The notes under the pieces: model-generated
What the model was told of the DNA's origin: nothing
The model's database searches: none
Seen by the model: the letters and a program-made list of their open reading frames with translations, nothing else
DNA from: Eledone cirrhosa
Lineage: Eukaryota
Length of the DNA stretch: 64,000 nt
Assembly (NCBI GenBank): GCA_964016885.1
Contig: OZ024741.1
Location: forward strand, 93,186,001-93,250,000
Direction of reading: 5' to 3'
Position numbers and translations under genes: made by a program
Shown: positions 44,701 to 57,425 of the stretch, piece after piece
Layout: each line of letters starts with the position of its first letter
Numbering within the stretch: the stretch's first letter is position 1

Positions 44701-46091
44701 TTTCTAACTAGAACCCTATCTAGGTACGATCTAGATGTTCCACTGCAATTAGCCCACGTACACAGTGGCACAGTCGGAAAATCTAGTCGATATCTATCAG
44801 CCAGGTCAAGTCGGCCAATTAACTGTTGAGGATATTACACTCCCCTTTATCGGGACATGCTTCCACATAGTCCCAACGTGCATCTAGGTATCCATTCCAG
44901 TCCTCCACTAAAAGCAAGGAGCGGGACATTCCCAGAAAAGTCTCGAGCCGTTTGAAGAAGTCTGGCCGCGGTGTCTTGGATGGGGCATATGCGGCCACCA
45001 GCCTGAAGGCTCCACCTTCACTACCGTCAACGTCTAGGACCAGCAGTCAACCCTCCGGGTCCAGATGTACCGTCTGTGTTACGAAGCCCAGGTGTTTCCG
45101 CAGCAAAACGGCAACCCCGCCCCCACCCCCCAGCTGACAGAGATGCGTAGATCTCAAAGTCATCGAAGATGGGGGCCAGCTGTCGCTCGCTGTGGATCCT
45201 GGACTCGCAAATGGCTACTACATCCATACTGTGCGACCTATGTCGTTGAAGAGTTTGCCCTGTCTCCAGGGCATCCCCAGGCCGCGTACATTCACACACC
45301 CAACTCTTATATTGGCCATGTTGGTTCTGAAAAGTTAAAAGAGGAGAAGAAAACACTCACCTCTTCGTCTCCCGGGGATCAGGCCGTACATTTTCCATGG
45401 GGGTGTTAGAGGAGTTGTCTGGGTGGGTGGTGGTTTCCTGCGGGGTGGGGTGAGGGTGGGGAAACTTTTTAAAAGGACGCGGTTAATGGGTTTAACACAA
45501 GGATTATCCACGTCCTTAGGAAAGTTTTCCTTTAAAGACTTATAGGTGTCCGTAGGGACCCTAATCATCTTTAAATTAGGTTTGTCTACACAGTTCGAAA
45601 AAGTTTTCCCTTCGGTGAAAACCGAAGGGTCGTTGGAGATGACTTCCATTAAAGTTTTGTTTTTGCTGTTTATGTATGTGTAACGTTCTTGTGTTGCGGT
45701 GGTTTTTGTCTGTTGTTCTTGTGGGAGCTTTCGTTTTGTTGTAGGTGTTTGTGTTTGGAGTGATGTGGTTTTGTTTTCGGGACGGGGGGTTTTTGTTTGT
45801 AATGTTTGTGTTGTTTGTGTTGGTGGTTGTATGTTTGTAGTGATGTTTGTTGTTTTTTTGTTCTTGTGGTGTCTTTTCTTTTTTTTTTTCGAACGGAGAG
45901 GCTCTCCCTCATCATCACTTGGTGATGATGTGGGGGCCACGTCTGTTGTGGTGTCTGTGTTATTTGGAAGGGGTATGTTTTGGGGAGCTGTTGAGTTTGT
46001 GGGTGTTTTTGCAGTGGTTTTAGGTGGAGTGGGGTTGGGTGGGACTGTGCTTGCAGGTTGGTTTGTTGTTCTTGTTTTGGTTGTGTTTGCG

Positions 46092-46146
<55 letters not shown>

Positions 46147-46500
46147 GTTGTTTTGGGTGTTGGCAGTAGTGCCTCTTTTTATTTAGTTAACTGAGGACAG
46201 TAAGCCTCCAGGTGACCACTGCTTAAACAGTGGTAACATGAAGGCCGCCTACCCTCAACAGAAATGTTTATGTGTGAAATTCCATCCAGAGGCACACGGG
46301 GTATTTTAGCTATCCGTTCTGGCCTCATTTGGACCAGAACTTCCATGCTTGTACCATTGAATGTGCCTCTGGAGGACTTTCAATTATTAGGTGGGTAACA
46401 TTCGACCGGTGTTTGAAGTTCGAAAATTTTTAATCCGGCATCTTTGGGACCAGTCGTTTACATTTGGTGCAATGTTCGAAATTTTTATTTTTTTAGTTCT
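41701..46500 (-). mobile_element. Decayed L1/Tx1-clade LINE (ORF1 remnant + APE-RT ORF2)
   Basis: APE pieces VVAICESR, SYLDRVLV, YSDHKLV, GPGYWKLN. RT FRPITLLN, KLDQSKAFDRVDH, RQGCPLS, AYADD. C-terminal C..ETIKHAF. AATAAA near 41710. The low-complexity (AAC)n/K-rich region 45335-46170 is a probable ORF1 remnant, and the 5' limit is approximate. Confidence 0.88.
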
Positions 46501-46758
46501 TTTTCCCATATATGTGGGGGAAAAGGTGTAAAGGGGGGACACAATCGGCGATACAGAATATTTTTGTTTAACAATACCGAAATGCTTCCAAAAAGTTTCC
46601 CAAAGGTGGCGGCCAGCAGTCGCACGTTGCTGATCCGGGTCTCGCAAATAACCATCACATCTATACGTTGTGACCTGAGGTCCTTTTCCAGCCTCACTTT
46701 CATATAGATTGCATTTTTGTTTTTTAAAATCCAACGTCAATAAATACACCAAGATTTT

Positions 46759-46819
46759 TTTCATTCTGATGATTGAAAGCAAAATTTTTTTGCTTTTAAG
46801 AAACCACTGGTAAATGAAA
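46759..46819 (+). ncRNA. Type I hammerhead ribozyme in the 5' pLTR
   Basis: TTTCATT-CTGATGA-TTGAAAGCAAAA ttt TTTTGCTTTTAA-GAAA-CC act GG-TA-AATGAAA. Stem I is 7 bp, stem II is 12 bp, and the site is GUA. Confidence 0.85.
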
Positions 46820-47013
46820 TAATTGCCTTATGTTGTTTATTACATAACTATTACCTACATAGAGCACTCTTTTTTTCCTGGACTTTTCCGACGGAATTAC
46901 TTCATTTATACAGCTCCAACCGGGATTGATTGAAGCATATTCTATATTACATATACGATTGGCCCAATTAGTTGAGCACTCTACTGTTTTCAGAAATTTA
47001 ACCAACATACACT

Positions 47014-49088
47014 ATGGACCTTTATGAATTGGATTATTCAATCAAAAATATACCTACTCCTTCCAACACAACTTATACCAAAATGCTTATAGATAAAATC
47101 GAACAAGTTGTTAAAAGAATGAGATGGAAGGTAATGGTTTACGATGGACTATTCAGTGCTGATACTAATGATTTTTTTGACATAAAATCCCGTAAATATC
47201 CACCTAGAATTAAAGATATGGCCAACTTCGAATTAGACCTTGTTAATTTAATTAGTGATATCAAATTTCGTAAGTACAATAATAAATTTCAAACTAAACT
47301 GTCTAACGATATTTCTAATTTTAAAAATTCTACAAACACCTTTGTTCTTTCTGATAAAACTAAAATTCTCTTTGAAGTTAACAGTATTTTGTATAACCAA
47401 CTTTTAACTAATAGTATCACCAACAAATAATAATACTTACAATACTATTAATAAAGAAGCTAAAGAACTAGCTAGTTCTTTTAAAATAGACAACCGGATT
47501 GAAAGCCTAGCTAAGCGTAAAGCATATATTACCCTTAAAGACCATAAATTAGACTTTACTAATCGACCTAGTTGTAGACTGATTAACCCAGCTAAATCCG
47601 AAATTGGCCTTGCAAGTAAAAAAATCTTAAGAAGAATAATTCTCCAAATTAGAACTAAGACTGACCTATCAAAGTGGCTAAATACTTCCTCTGTTATTTC
47701 TTGGTTTAATAATATACAAGGCAAAAATAAGTGTAGATTTACCCAATTTGATATTGTTGATTTTTACCCCTCTATTACTGTTTCCTTATTAACTAATGCC
47801 TTAGAGTTTGCAAGACCCTTCATTAATAATTCTAAATTAGAAGAAGACATTATCTTTCATGCTAGAAAAACTTTACTCTTTACTAATGAAAATATTTGGG
47901 TTAAAAAGTCAAACCCTGAAAACTCTTTTGATGTTGCAATGGGTTTATATGACAGTGCAGATGTGTGTGACTTAGTAGGATTATTCCTTCTCCACATCCT
48001 CAAAGAGAAATTTCCTTCCCATAATACCGGTTTATACCGTGGTGACGGATTGGCAGTTTCTCATACCACCAACGGCCATAACCTTGATAAATTCCGTAAA
48101 GATTTAATCAATACTTTTGCTAATCTTAACCTTAAAATTACTATAGATACGAACCTTACCAATGCTAACTTTCTTGACATTAATCTTGATCTACTTACCG
48201 CCTCTTTTAAGCCTTATCATAAACCTAATGAAAATCTTAGGTATATACACAAAGAGTCTTGCCATCCCCCTATAGTTTTTAATAATCTTATTCCCAACAT
48301 TAGCCGTAGGATTTCTACCTTATCTTCGTCTATAGACATTTTTAATAAAGCCCTTAAAAACAGCGGTTTTACAGAACAAATTCATTATTTACCTACTCCT
48401 CCCCTAAAACTAACCACAATAATAGGAAAATTATTTCTCTCTAACTGTCGAAACTAATGTAGGAAGGAAATTCCTTGACCTCTTAGATAAACATTTTCCT
48501 CCTAATCATAGATATTATAAGATATTTAATAGAAATGTAGTTAAGATCAGTTACTCTTGTTGCCCATCAATGAAGTCTAAGATCACTAATTCAAATCATA
48601 CGAGAACAAATCCAGGATGCAGTTGCAGGAAGCCGGATGAATGCCCATTACAGGGCAAATGTAACACCAAATCTGTTGTTTATGAGGCTAAAGTGACACC
48701 TTTAATCAACAACCAGCCAGCCAGGAGTGAACGATATGTTGGCATGACCCAGGACAGGTTTAAAACCAGGTTTTATGCACATGTCGCTTCTTTTAAGCAC
48801 TCCGATAAACGAACAGCAACGGCCCTCGCAAGTAAGGTGTGGGAATTCAAGGATAAAAACATCCCGTACTCTATCGATTGGTCTATTTTAGACCATTCGA
48901 GGGAGTACCAAAGGGGCACAAAGAATTGTTCTTTGTGTACCACAGAAAAATATAGGATTTTGCTAAACTTAAAAGCCACTTCTGCTTGCCTGAACTCAAA
49001 GACCAAGATCTTCAGATGTTGTTTTCATCTGAAATCACATCTGATCTGTAACTGGATTGACATTCCTATGATAACTCAACCACCTTGA
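47014..49088 (+). pseudogene. Naiad-like PLE RT + GIY-YIG ORF, disrupted
   Basis: MDLYELDYSIKNIPTP, LSDKT, CRLINP, QFDIVDFYPSI, MGLYDSADVCDLVGL, LYRGDGL (YRDD mutated), CSC..CPL..C, VVYEA, YVGMT, CSLC, CCFH. Confidence 0.92.
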
Positions 49089-49335
49089 ACTCCTTCTCTG
49101 CTCTTTACTTCCACTACGGTTTTTTTACCTGCTGAACCCACATTCTGTACTCTTGTATTCTCTTTTTCCCTTATCTCCCCTTATATTTAAACCTTTTCCT
49201 ATGTCATTTATTTCCCTCCTCTTTTTTTACCCCCTATTTTTTGCCTTACCCTTCACATACCAAAAATTTTTTTATTTTTAGATATTAATTTTTTTTTGTG
49301 TGTTGCCTATATGTATGTATGTGTGTATATATGTT

Positions 49336-49374
<39 letters not shown>

Positions 49375-49621
49375 ATGTGTGTGTATATGTGTATGTATAT
49401 ATGTGTGTGTATGTATGTTTATATCTATCTGTATGTATATATAATCGAATATATATATTTCTGTTGTATTTGTGCGCGTGTGTGTATATATATATATATG
49501 TATGTATATATATATATGTATGTATGTATGTATGTGTGTATATATAGATTTAATGGGTGTGTGTATATTTGTGCGTGTATATGTATTTTTTTATATAATT
49601 GTTTTGTGTGTATATATATAA

Positions 49622-49657
49622 TAGCCTCAGAAACGGCTTGAGCTCTGCCGTGGGGTC
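49622..49657 (+). ncRNA. 3' half of a hammerhead of the 17852-17945 family
   Basis: tagcctca-GAAA-cggc ttgagctct gccg-t-ggggtc is nearly identical to 17910-17946. The 5' half is replaced by TA repeats. Confidence 0.55.
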
Positions 49658-49672
49658 GGTCAGACTTTTTCC

Positions 49673-49719
<47 letters not shown>

Positions 49720-50078
49720 GTAATTGTAGGTGTGTGTGTATTTCTGTGGTTGTGTTTTTGTGTGTGTATGTATATATATGTGTATATATCTGTGTATATG
49801 TATATATGTATAAGGGTGTATGTATATGCATCATTACATATAGTGATTTAATGATTATTTTCATTGATCTTTTGCTCCAGGAACTTGTTGAGTGCTCTAA
49901 ATCTGCTATAAGCATTTATACCCTTTTTTAAATATATATTTTTTTTATTTATTATTTGTCGTATTCCCAACTTATTATTTTCATTTTTATTTTTATTTTT
50001 ATTTTTTTATATATACAATATTTTTTGATAGATACAATATTTATTTTTTATATAAATATATAATTTTTATGTTCTTTC

Positions 50079-50412
50079 TCATCATCATCATCATCATTTT
50101 ACGTCCACTTTTCCCTGCTTGCAAGGGTGGGACGGGAACTGATTCTGGCTTGATTTCTACAGCTGGATGCCCTTCCTAACACCAACCTCATTTACAGTGA
50201 GTGCTGGGTGCTTTTTTGCCGTAGCACCTCCACGACCACTTTGCAGTGGAATGATAGGGACCCCAGTCCCTATCATCTCATTTCTACAGCTGAGTGAACT
50301 GGAACAATGTGAAATAAAGTGTCTTGCTCAAGGACACAACACATCACCCGGTCTGAGAATTGAACTCACAACCTTTCGATTGCAAGGCCAATGCTCTAAC
50401 CACTAAGCCGTG
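50079..50412 (-). mobile_element. tRNA/CORE-type SINE copy
   Basis: Near-identical to the copies at 2879 and 9974. Confidence 0.85.
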
Positions 50413-51101
50413 TGTGTGTGTGTGTATGTGTGTATGTATGTATGCATATGTATGTGTATGTATATATGTGTGTGTAGGTATATATGTGTATGTGAGTATG
50501 TATGTATGTGTATGTGTGTATATATATATAGTTTAGAGTTAAATAAGGTTCATATGAATTATCTAAGAATGAGTTTTACACATATATATGTGTGTGTTTG
50601 TATTTGTATGTATGTGTTTGTGATATGTATGTATATGTATGTGTATATTTGTATGGTTATGTATGTATGTGTATATATATATATATATGTATGTGTGTAT
50701 ATATGTGTGTGTATGTAATTGTGTATACGTATGTGTGCTTATGTATTTGTATATGTATATTTATGTGTGAGAGTGTGTGTGTGTGTGTATGTATTTATTT
50801 TTATGTATGTATGTGTACTTGCATGTGTGTGTATACCACGTGTGTTTGTTCATTTATTTGTTACCTTTATCGCTGTCAACATTATAAGTCTTTATATTCA
50901 TTTTTATTTTTTATTATTATATATTTTTTCTTGTATTTATTTGTGTGTATGTAGAGGTGTGTGTATGTGTATGTATATGTATGTGTATGTGTATATATAT
51001 GTGTGTGGTTGTATATATGTATGTGTATGTATGGATATGTTGATATTTATGTGTATGTATGTATGTGTATGTGCATGTATATATATACACATGTGTGTGT
51101 G

Positions 51102-51144
<43 letters not shown>

Positions 51145-51310
51145 TTGCATGTGTGTTTTTATTTTATTTTTCCTTTCCTTCCTTTTCAAGCCTCACTTTC
51201 ATATAGATTGCATTTTTGTTTTTAAAATCCAACGTCAATAAATACACCAGGATTTTTTCATTCTGATGATTGAAAGCAAAAATTTTTTGCTTTTAAGAAA
51301 CCACTGTTAA

Positions 51311-53877
51311 CCCTTTAGCGTTCAAAGCGACAAAAACCGACAAAATTATGTCCCCTTTCATTTATTCAAACCGACAAAAACCGACATTTCAGACCACTCG
51401 TAGATCTCCTTCTAAAAATAAACATTGACATCATCAAAATCTCGTCAATTCGAGATTACAGCGAGATAAAGCCCTTACGCGCGAAAATTAACTCTTAGTA
51501 TAGTTAAAGACCTTGTGATAACACGTGTTTTTAACTTTGAAATTGTAACATGGCTTCCGAAAGCAGCGACAACGATTTTGAAGGTTTTACATCCTACGAC
51601 ATTCAAGATAAAAAAGAAACAGAAGATAATATCAGTGATTTATCTTCAAATGAATCAGATATATTTATTTCTGATATATCTGATGATGATGATAGTCACT
51701 TTGAAAGTGAAAGCGAAGAGATATCTGACACCATTGAAAAAACACCAACGTGGTTGAAAGAAACAACACCGATACATGTTTCGGATTTTAATGAAAATTC
51801 TGGACCACAACACACATTACCACCCGATGCTAAAGCTCTGGATTATTTTTTTTTATTTCTACCACAAACTTTCTTCGAAGTTGTGGCAGAAGAGACAAAT
51901 CGCTATGCACAACAACAGATTTCTAATCGAGCAAAACCCGATCTTTTATGGCGTCCGACAGATTCTGCCGAAATGAAAGCGTCTTTTACCATAAACATTA
52001 TGTTTGGTATTAAACAATTTCCACGACTGTGGAATTATTGGAGTACTGATATAAGGTTTGGTGACCCTTATATATCTAGTATTATGGCCAAAACGAGATT
52101 TATAAAATTAAACCAGTATTTGCATCTGGTTGATACTTCAAATGCCCCTGGTAGAAATGAATCAAATTACGACCCACTGTACAAAGTACGACCATTAATT
52201 GAAATGTTGTCAGAAAAATTTTAAAGTGTGTATATACCTGGAAAAAATCTTAGTGTTGATGAAGCTATGATTGGGTATAAGGGTAGGGTTCATTTCAGAC
52301 AGTATATGCCAGCTAAACCCACCAAATGGGGCATCAAAGTGTGGGAACTGTGTGAATCGGACACGGGATACTGTGTAAACTTTGATGTTTACACAGGAAA
52401 AAAACTTAACGGAGAGAGAAAGCACGGGTTGGGTTACGATGTTGTGTGGTCGCTGACTCAACCCTTCCACTTTCAACACAGACACATTTATTATGACCGT
52501 TTTTTTTCTTTGGTGCTTTTAGCAGAGGATCTTGCCCTTGTAAATACGTACACCTGCAGCACAATAATGAGCAATCGGAAAGGGCTACCCCAAGAAATAA
52601 AAGTTGCGAAACTAAAAAACAGAGGAGACATTCTCCAAATGCAAAAAGAGAACATGTTAGCCACAGTGTTCAAAGACAAACGGCAAATTTTGTTCCTGAG
52701 TTCTAATCAACAACCAGGTGTTGGGGCTGAGGGTAGACCTTTAGTTAGCCTCTCCTACAATAAATATATGGGTGGGGTTGACAAATCCGACCAATATTGC
52801 GCGTATTACCCAGTTGGACGCCCTGGAAAGAAATGGTGGAGATACATCTTGTGGTTTTTAGTGAATTTAACCATTGTGAATTCTTATATTGTATTTACTA
52901 AAAGCCACAAGGATCCGCCACCACCAAAGGACTACTGCCACATGAAATTTCGCGTGGACATTGCATCCCAGCTACGTGGGGGATATACTTCTCGCAAACA
53001 CAAAGCTGGGAAAAAATCAAAATTAGCAGTGGTCCACAAAGAAAATATTGATTTTCATAAAGTGGAGAGAATTGATGGTAGGAGGAAGGTTTGCCGATTG
53101 TGCTCTTTGCAAAAGAGAAAAACTGTTAAAGGTTACGCAATCCAAACCCTATTTATGTGTTCCTTTTGCAAAGTGCCCTTATGTAAAGGGTGCTTTGGGC
53201 AGTATCACGATAGAAATATTGTCTGACAATATTGAAAACAATATTTTAAAAACATATTAACACACATATACAAAAACACCTGCATTCACCTGTGACACAC
53301 CTGCATCACACCTGTTAATGAACTTATATATTGGGAACATTCTGTTACGTAATTTTACACCGTACATTGTGTAAGAGTACATTGCCAATATTATTTTGAC
53401 TGGTGAAAAGGTTTTATACATTTTTTTCAATGAAAATATTTGCCTGGAATGTAGAGAAAGACTAAAACATTGTACTGATTACACCTGCATTTTTAATTAA
53501 TTCACCTGTTCGGAAAACTGCTAGAATTGATGGAAATCAGCATCTAGATCATTATTGGATTTTTTTGCAACAAATCTAACAGGTAAGGCAGATAAAGTTT
53601 AAATTTTTGTGTTTATCCATAAAGTTATTACTTTTACACCTGTTAATTAATTTTACCTGCCCATAAAAGTCAAATTTAACAAAAAAAAATCAGGTAAAAA
53701 TATATAATTGTAAATTATAGTTCTTTAAACGTCTACTGACAAAATTTCAAGTCGGCACATAGAAAATTAAAGTTATTAGAAACAAATAAAATTGATAACC
53801 CTCTTGAGTATAATTAAGTGAAAATAATGCGAATAGATGAACATGACATTTGACAATTCAATGTGAATGCTAAAGGG
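51311..53877 (+). mobile_element. piggyBac DNA transposon, full length
   Basis: TTAA TSDs at 51307-51310 and 53878-53881. TIRs CCCTTTAGCGTTCA / TGAATGCTAAAGGG. Confidence 0.97.
51550..53226 (+). pseudogene. piggyBac transposase (~558 codons) with one in-frame TAA at 52222-52224
   Basis: ORFs 51550..52224 and 52228..53226 are in the same frame. DDD motifs VDEAM, YYDRFF, GGVDKSD and C-terminal Cys-rich domain CRLC..CSFCKVPLC..C...H are present. The sister copy has AAA (Lys) at the stop. Confidence 0.93.
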
Positions 53878-53904
53878 TTAAATGAAATAATTGCCTTATG
53901 TTAC

Positions 53905-54935
53905 CTGGTCTTTCTACTATCTTAATATTGAGTTTATGTTTATCTAGGGCCCTTCTAAATTTGTAAGCTAATTCACCTCTAGGGGTTGTATCGATGAACA
54001 TTACACTCTGGTATTTATTGTTATCATATCATGAGTTTATTCTATTAGCCTTGTTCCTAGTTCTTTCTATTCTATTCCAAAATTTGCTCCTATACAAGGG
54101 GCAGGTCCCATTTGTGTCATTATTTATCATTTTTTCCCATTTGGTTCTGGCTCCTCTATATACTCTGATTTTATCTCTCTGATTGTAACCAGAGAACTGC
54201 ATACGGTGGATGAATTGTTGTATGTGTCTCTCTAGTTCTTTGGGGTTGCACATGCGGGACATGTTTCTCATCACTCGTACCAAATCCGCAATCAGTATGT
54301 TGATTTTGGTATGGTCCAAAACAGCTGAGTTGCGGTGGATCAGATATTTGGAAGTCATGGGTTTGGCATAATGGGAATGGAGGATTTGTTTTTTGTTATT
54401 AATGGTATCTAACCAGAGCTCTGTGTCTAGTACAGGTAATCGATGGTTGGGGTGTTTGCTTGGGTAGTCTATAGTAACTCTAATGCTCTGGTGGATGGAG
54501 TTAGCTATTTGCTGGATGCTTTCCATTGTGTTTTTCTCTAATTCCTGACTGTTCTCTAGTGGGGGTGTTTTTACTACGATGTTTATATCATCAACGTAGC
54601 GGGAGTACATTATCAGGGTTAAGGGGTCTTCTGATTGTTCTTTAAGTTTAAGTCTACTGTCCCACCATACCATGAATAGGTTAGCTATGTCGCCTGCAAT
54701 GCTAACACCAATGGCTGCTCCTTCCTCTTGGGCATATGTTTTTCCATTAAATTTGAACATATGTTCCTTCAGGGTTAATTTTATGCTGGCCCCTACCGCA
54801 TGTGCAATCATTTTCTTTAGTTCATCGTGGTTTTCGGGCGTCCGTATGGCTCTGATCCACCCGTTCCATCTGTTCTGTGTGGGTTTTCTTGGCCATTGAG
54901 GTAATGGTAGGTGGTCTGCCTCTTGCTGGTCTGCC
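53905..54935 (-). pseudogene. Fragment of a further Penelope-like RT
   Basis: FKFNGKTYAQEEGAAIG, IANLFM, YSRYVDD, LPVLD, HYAKPM, SGY. Confidence 0.8.
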
Positions 54936-56203
54936 TCTTCCAGGCCCATGGATTTTCCGATGGACACGATCTCCTCTTCCACTAACTCTTCGGGTTCGGG
55001 TTCAAATCCTTCGAAGTCCCTTTCGGACACAACCTTGGGCCACAGCTTCTTCCATGCAGAGTTTAAGGTCCTCCTTGTAACACCCTGCCAGGCCATGTCT
55101 ATAATTTTGAGGCAGGCTACGATAGTGTAATGTTCTTACCAGAACTCTCGAAGGGTGAAGTTTGTGTTTTTCGTAACCTCAAAGCAGCGCCGGAAGGGAT
55201 GCTTGGTGGAGAGCTTTTTAAAATTCGAAATTACCTGCTGATCCATGAACTGAAGGATAGGGGTGGTGTTGGTTGGAAGGTACAAGACCTTAATAAACTT
55301 GAATTCTTCTAAGATGTCATCCTCGAGATTTGGAGGGTGTGCGGAAGCATTGTCAAGGACGACTAGGGCTTTCAGGGGCAAGTTATCTAAAAGATACTTC
55401 TTGACTGCAGGACCAAAAACCAGGTTTACCCACTGCACAAAAAACTCCCTGGTGTCCCATGCTTTTGGGTTTGCCCTCCACATAACCTGCAGTTTTTCTT
55501 TAAGAATCTTATGACTATTAAAGGCCCTGGGGTTTTCTGAGTGATATAGAGCAGCAGTTTAATCTTTAAATCGCCACTCGCATTTGCACACAGTGCAAGG
55601 GTCAACCTATCCTTCATAGGTTTGTGGCCTGGCAAGCTCCTCTTCTCTGCCGTTATGTACGTTCTCCTTGGCATCTTTTTCCAAAATAGCCCTGTCTTGT
55701 CACAGTTAAAGACTTGCTAGGAGATGTATCCTTCGGCTTCTCCCAGTTCACCAAAAAATGAAGTAAATTCTTCAGCTGCCTTAAAATCTGAGCTTGCAGC
55801 CTCACCATGCCTCACGACAGAGTGAATGCCAGTCCTCTTTTTAAAATTATCAAACCATCCCCGACTGGCTTTGAATGACTCTTCCGATGCCTCGTCCGAG
55901 GATGATCCCGCCGTCTGCTGCACCAAATCTCCATAAATAACTCGTACCTTCTCACAGATGATGGTCTTAGTTACGGTATCTCCAGCAAGCTGCTTCTCGG
56001 TCAACCACCCCAACAGCAACTTTTCCATCTCTTCAATGACAGAGGTCCAGAGCTTAGAAATTATCTTAACACCCTTGGCTGGTGTCACAGCCTTTATTGA
56101 ATCCTTTTGTTTCAAAATAGTACATATTGTAGAAGTACTACGATCGTACTCCTTTGCCAAGTCAATAACATGCACACCATGCTCATGTTTTTCTACGATT
56201 TCG
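54936..56203 (-). pseudogene. Tigger/pogo-family transposase fragment (CENP-B-type HTH + DDE), no TIRs seen
   Basis: STICTILK, EKLLLGW, FKASRGWFDNFKKR, HGEAAS, NCDKTGLFWKKMPRRTYI, LDNASAHP, LPTNTT..Q.MDQ. Frameshifted. Confidence 0.9.
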
Positions 56204-56399
56204 TATATATGTATACCCATGCAATTACAGGTGGTTATGTACCTTGATGCCCTTCGTCAGTAACGCATGAATCAATGGAAGCTAAAAAATTTAAAGGTTA
56301 AAAAATTAACAGGAAGGCGTATAATTAGGAGAAGGGGATACTAACAAAAAGGTACGTCATATAGAGCTATAGTGAGCTGCTATTTAGAATGTTTAATTA

Positions 56400-57320
56400 T
56401 GTTTATAGTACTTAAATGTTTTTTGTATACGGTGATTTCAAGCTATAATCAGGTCTTGTCTTTTATTCAATAAATCGTCCTTAGATTTAGTAATTTCCAA
56501 GATCTCTCCGGAACATAATCTGCATTCTCTCCTGTTCCCAAGATATGGAGTTCTTTGTAGAATGGTATCCCACGATAGCTTGAAATCTATTTTTTGTTTT
56601 TATAGTTATTTACTGCTTCAGCTAAAGATGTGGTGTTAGCTAGTTTAGTATTGTTAAAGCTACTGGGGTGTGCGTAATATCTTTTCTTAAATGTGTTCGA
56701 TGTAGATCCTATATACGATTTGTTGGAGTCAGTGGTAGACACAGTGCATTTATATATTACATTATTAATCAAACAGTTGCCATTTAAGGGGCAAACGCTT
56801 CTATTTCTGCAATTACAACCATACGTAAGATGGTTGTTGGAGGTACCTACATAATTCTCATTAATCCTGGAGCTATTCTTATTTTAATTAGTGTTAGAGA
56901 GAGAATGAGTGCTGCTTTGTGGGTGATTTAGTGCTGGGGTTGTATTGTGATTTTGTGTTATGTTGTTTGGGTGGTTGTGTTTTCCAGGTTGAAGAATTGT
57001 ATTATTTGTCCTTTTAAAAAGTGCAGTCTTATTTAAATTATGTTGTGGTGGTGTGGTCATATTATTTTTAAATTTATAAATGTTGTAGTTGCTTATTTTC
57101 TGTTGGAGATTGTTTGATGTAGAGTATGAGAATTTAACAGTATACCTGTTAAATATTTGGTGGTATCTGTGGTTTGGTGAAAATGTTTATGTAGAATTTT
57201 TAAAAAATTTTGGGAATTTGCCCAATAGTTCGTAGGTTGAAGGGTGCGTTGTACCATGGTATGTTTCTTTTGCGGTTTTTAGTTAAGTTCTTATTCTCAC
57301 TTATATTAATGTGCTGTGTT
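56400..57320 (-). pseudogene. Naiad-like PLE 3' fragment (RT thumb + GIY-YIG), related to 41-1545
   Basis: WYNAPFN, HRYHQIFNR..VKFSYST, CNCRNRSVCPL, NVIYKC, SYIGST, LANTTSLAE (shared with ORF 1056..1508). Confidence 0.8.
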
Positions 57321-57333
57321 CTAGAAGAGTTCC

Positions 57334-57395
<62 letters not shown>

Positions 57396-57425
57396 TATAT
57401 ATATATGTGTGTGTGTGAATGAAGT

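Larger units (their letters stand above)
46690..53902 (+). mobile_element. Naiad-like Penelope element with direct terminal repeats (pLTRs), carrying nested insertions
   Basis: The 5' repeat 46690-46833 matches 51189-51310 + 53881-53902. The coding region is 47014-49088. Confidence 0.8.

Noticed and set aside
36035-49088. Selenoprotein-encoding Naiad (in-frame UGA + SECIS), as reported for some Naiad elements
   Set aside because: The conserved Cys positions read as TGC/TGT in the frames examined and no convincing SECIS was seen by eye. A SECISearch run would be needed to exclude it fully.
56215-56265. Minus-strand CTGACGA-AGG...CCT-GTAA downstream of a PLE fragment
   Set aside because: The GAAA box is mutated and stems I/III are unconvincing. 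At best it is a dead remnant.
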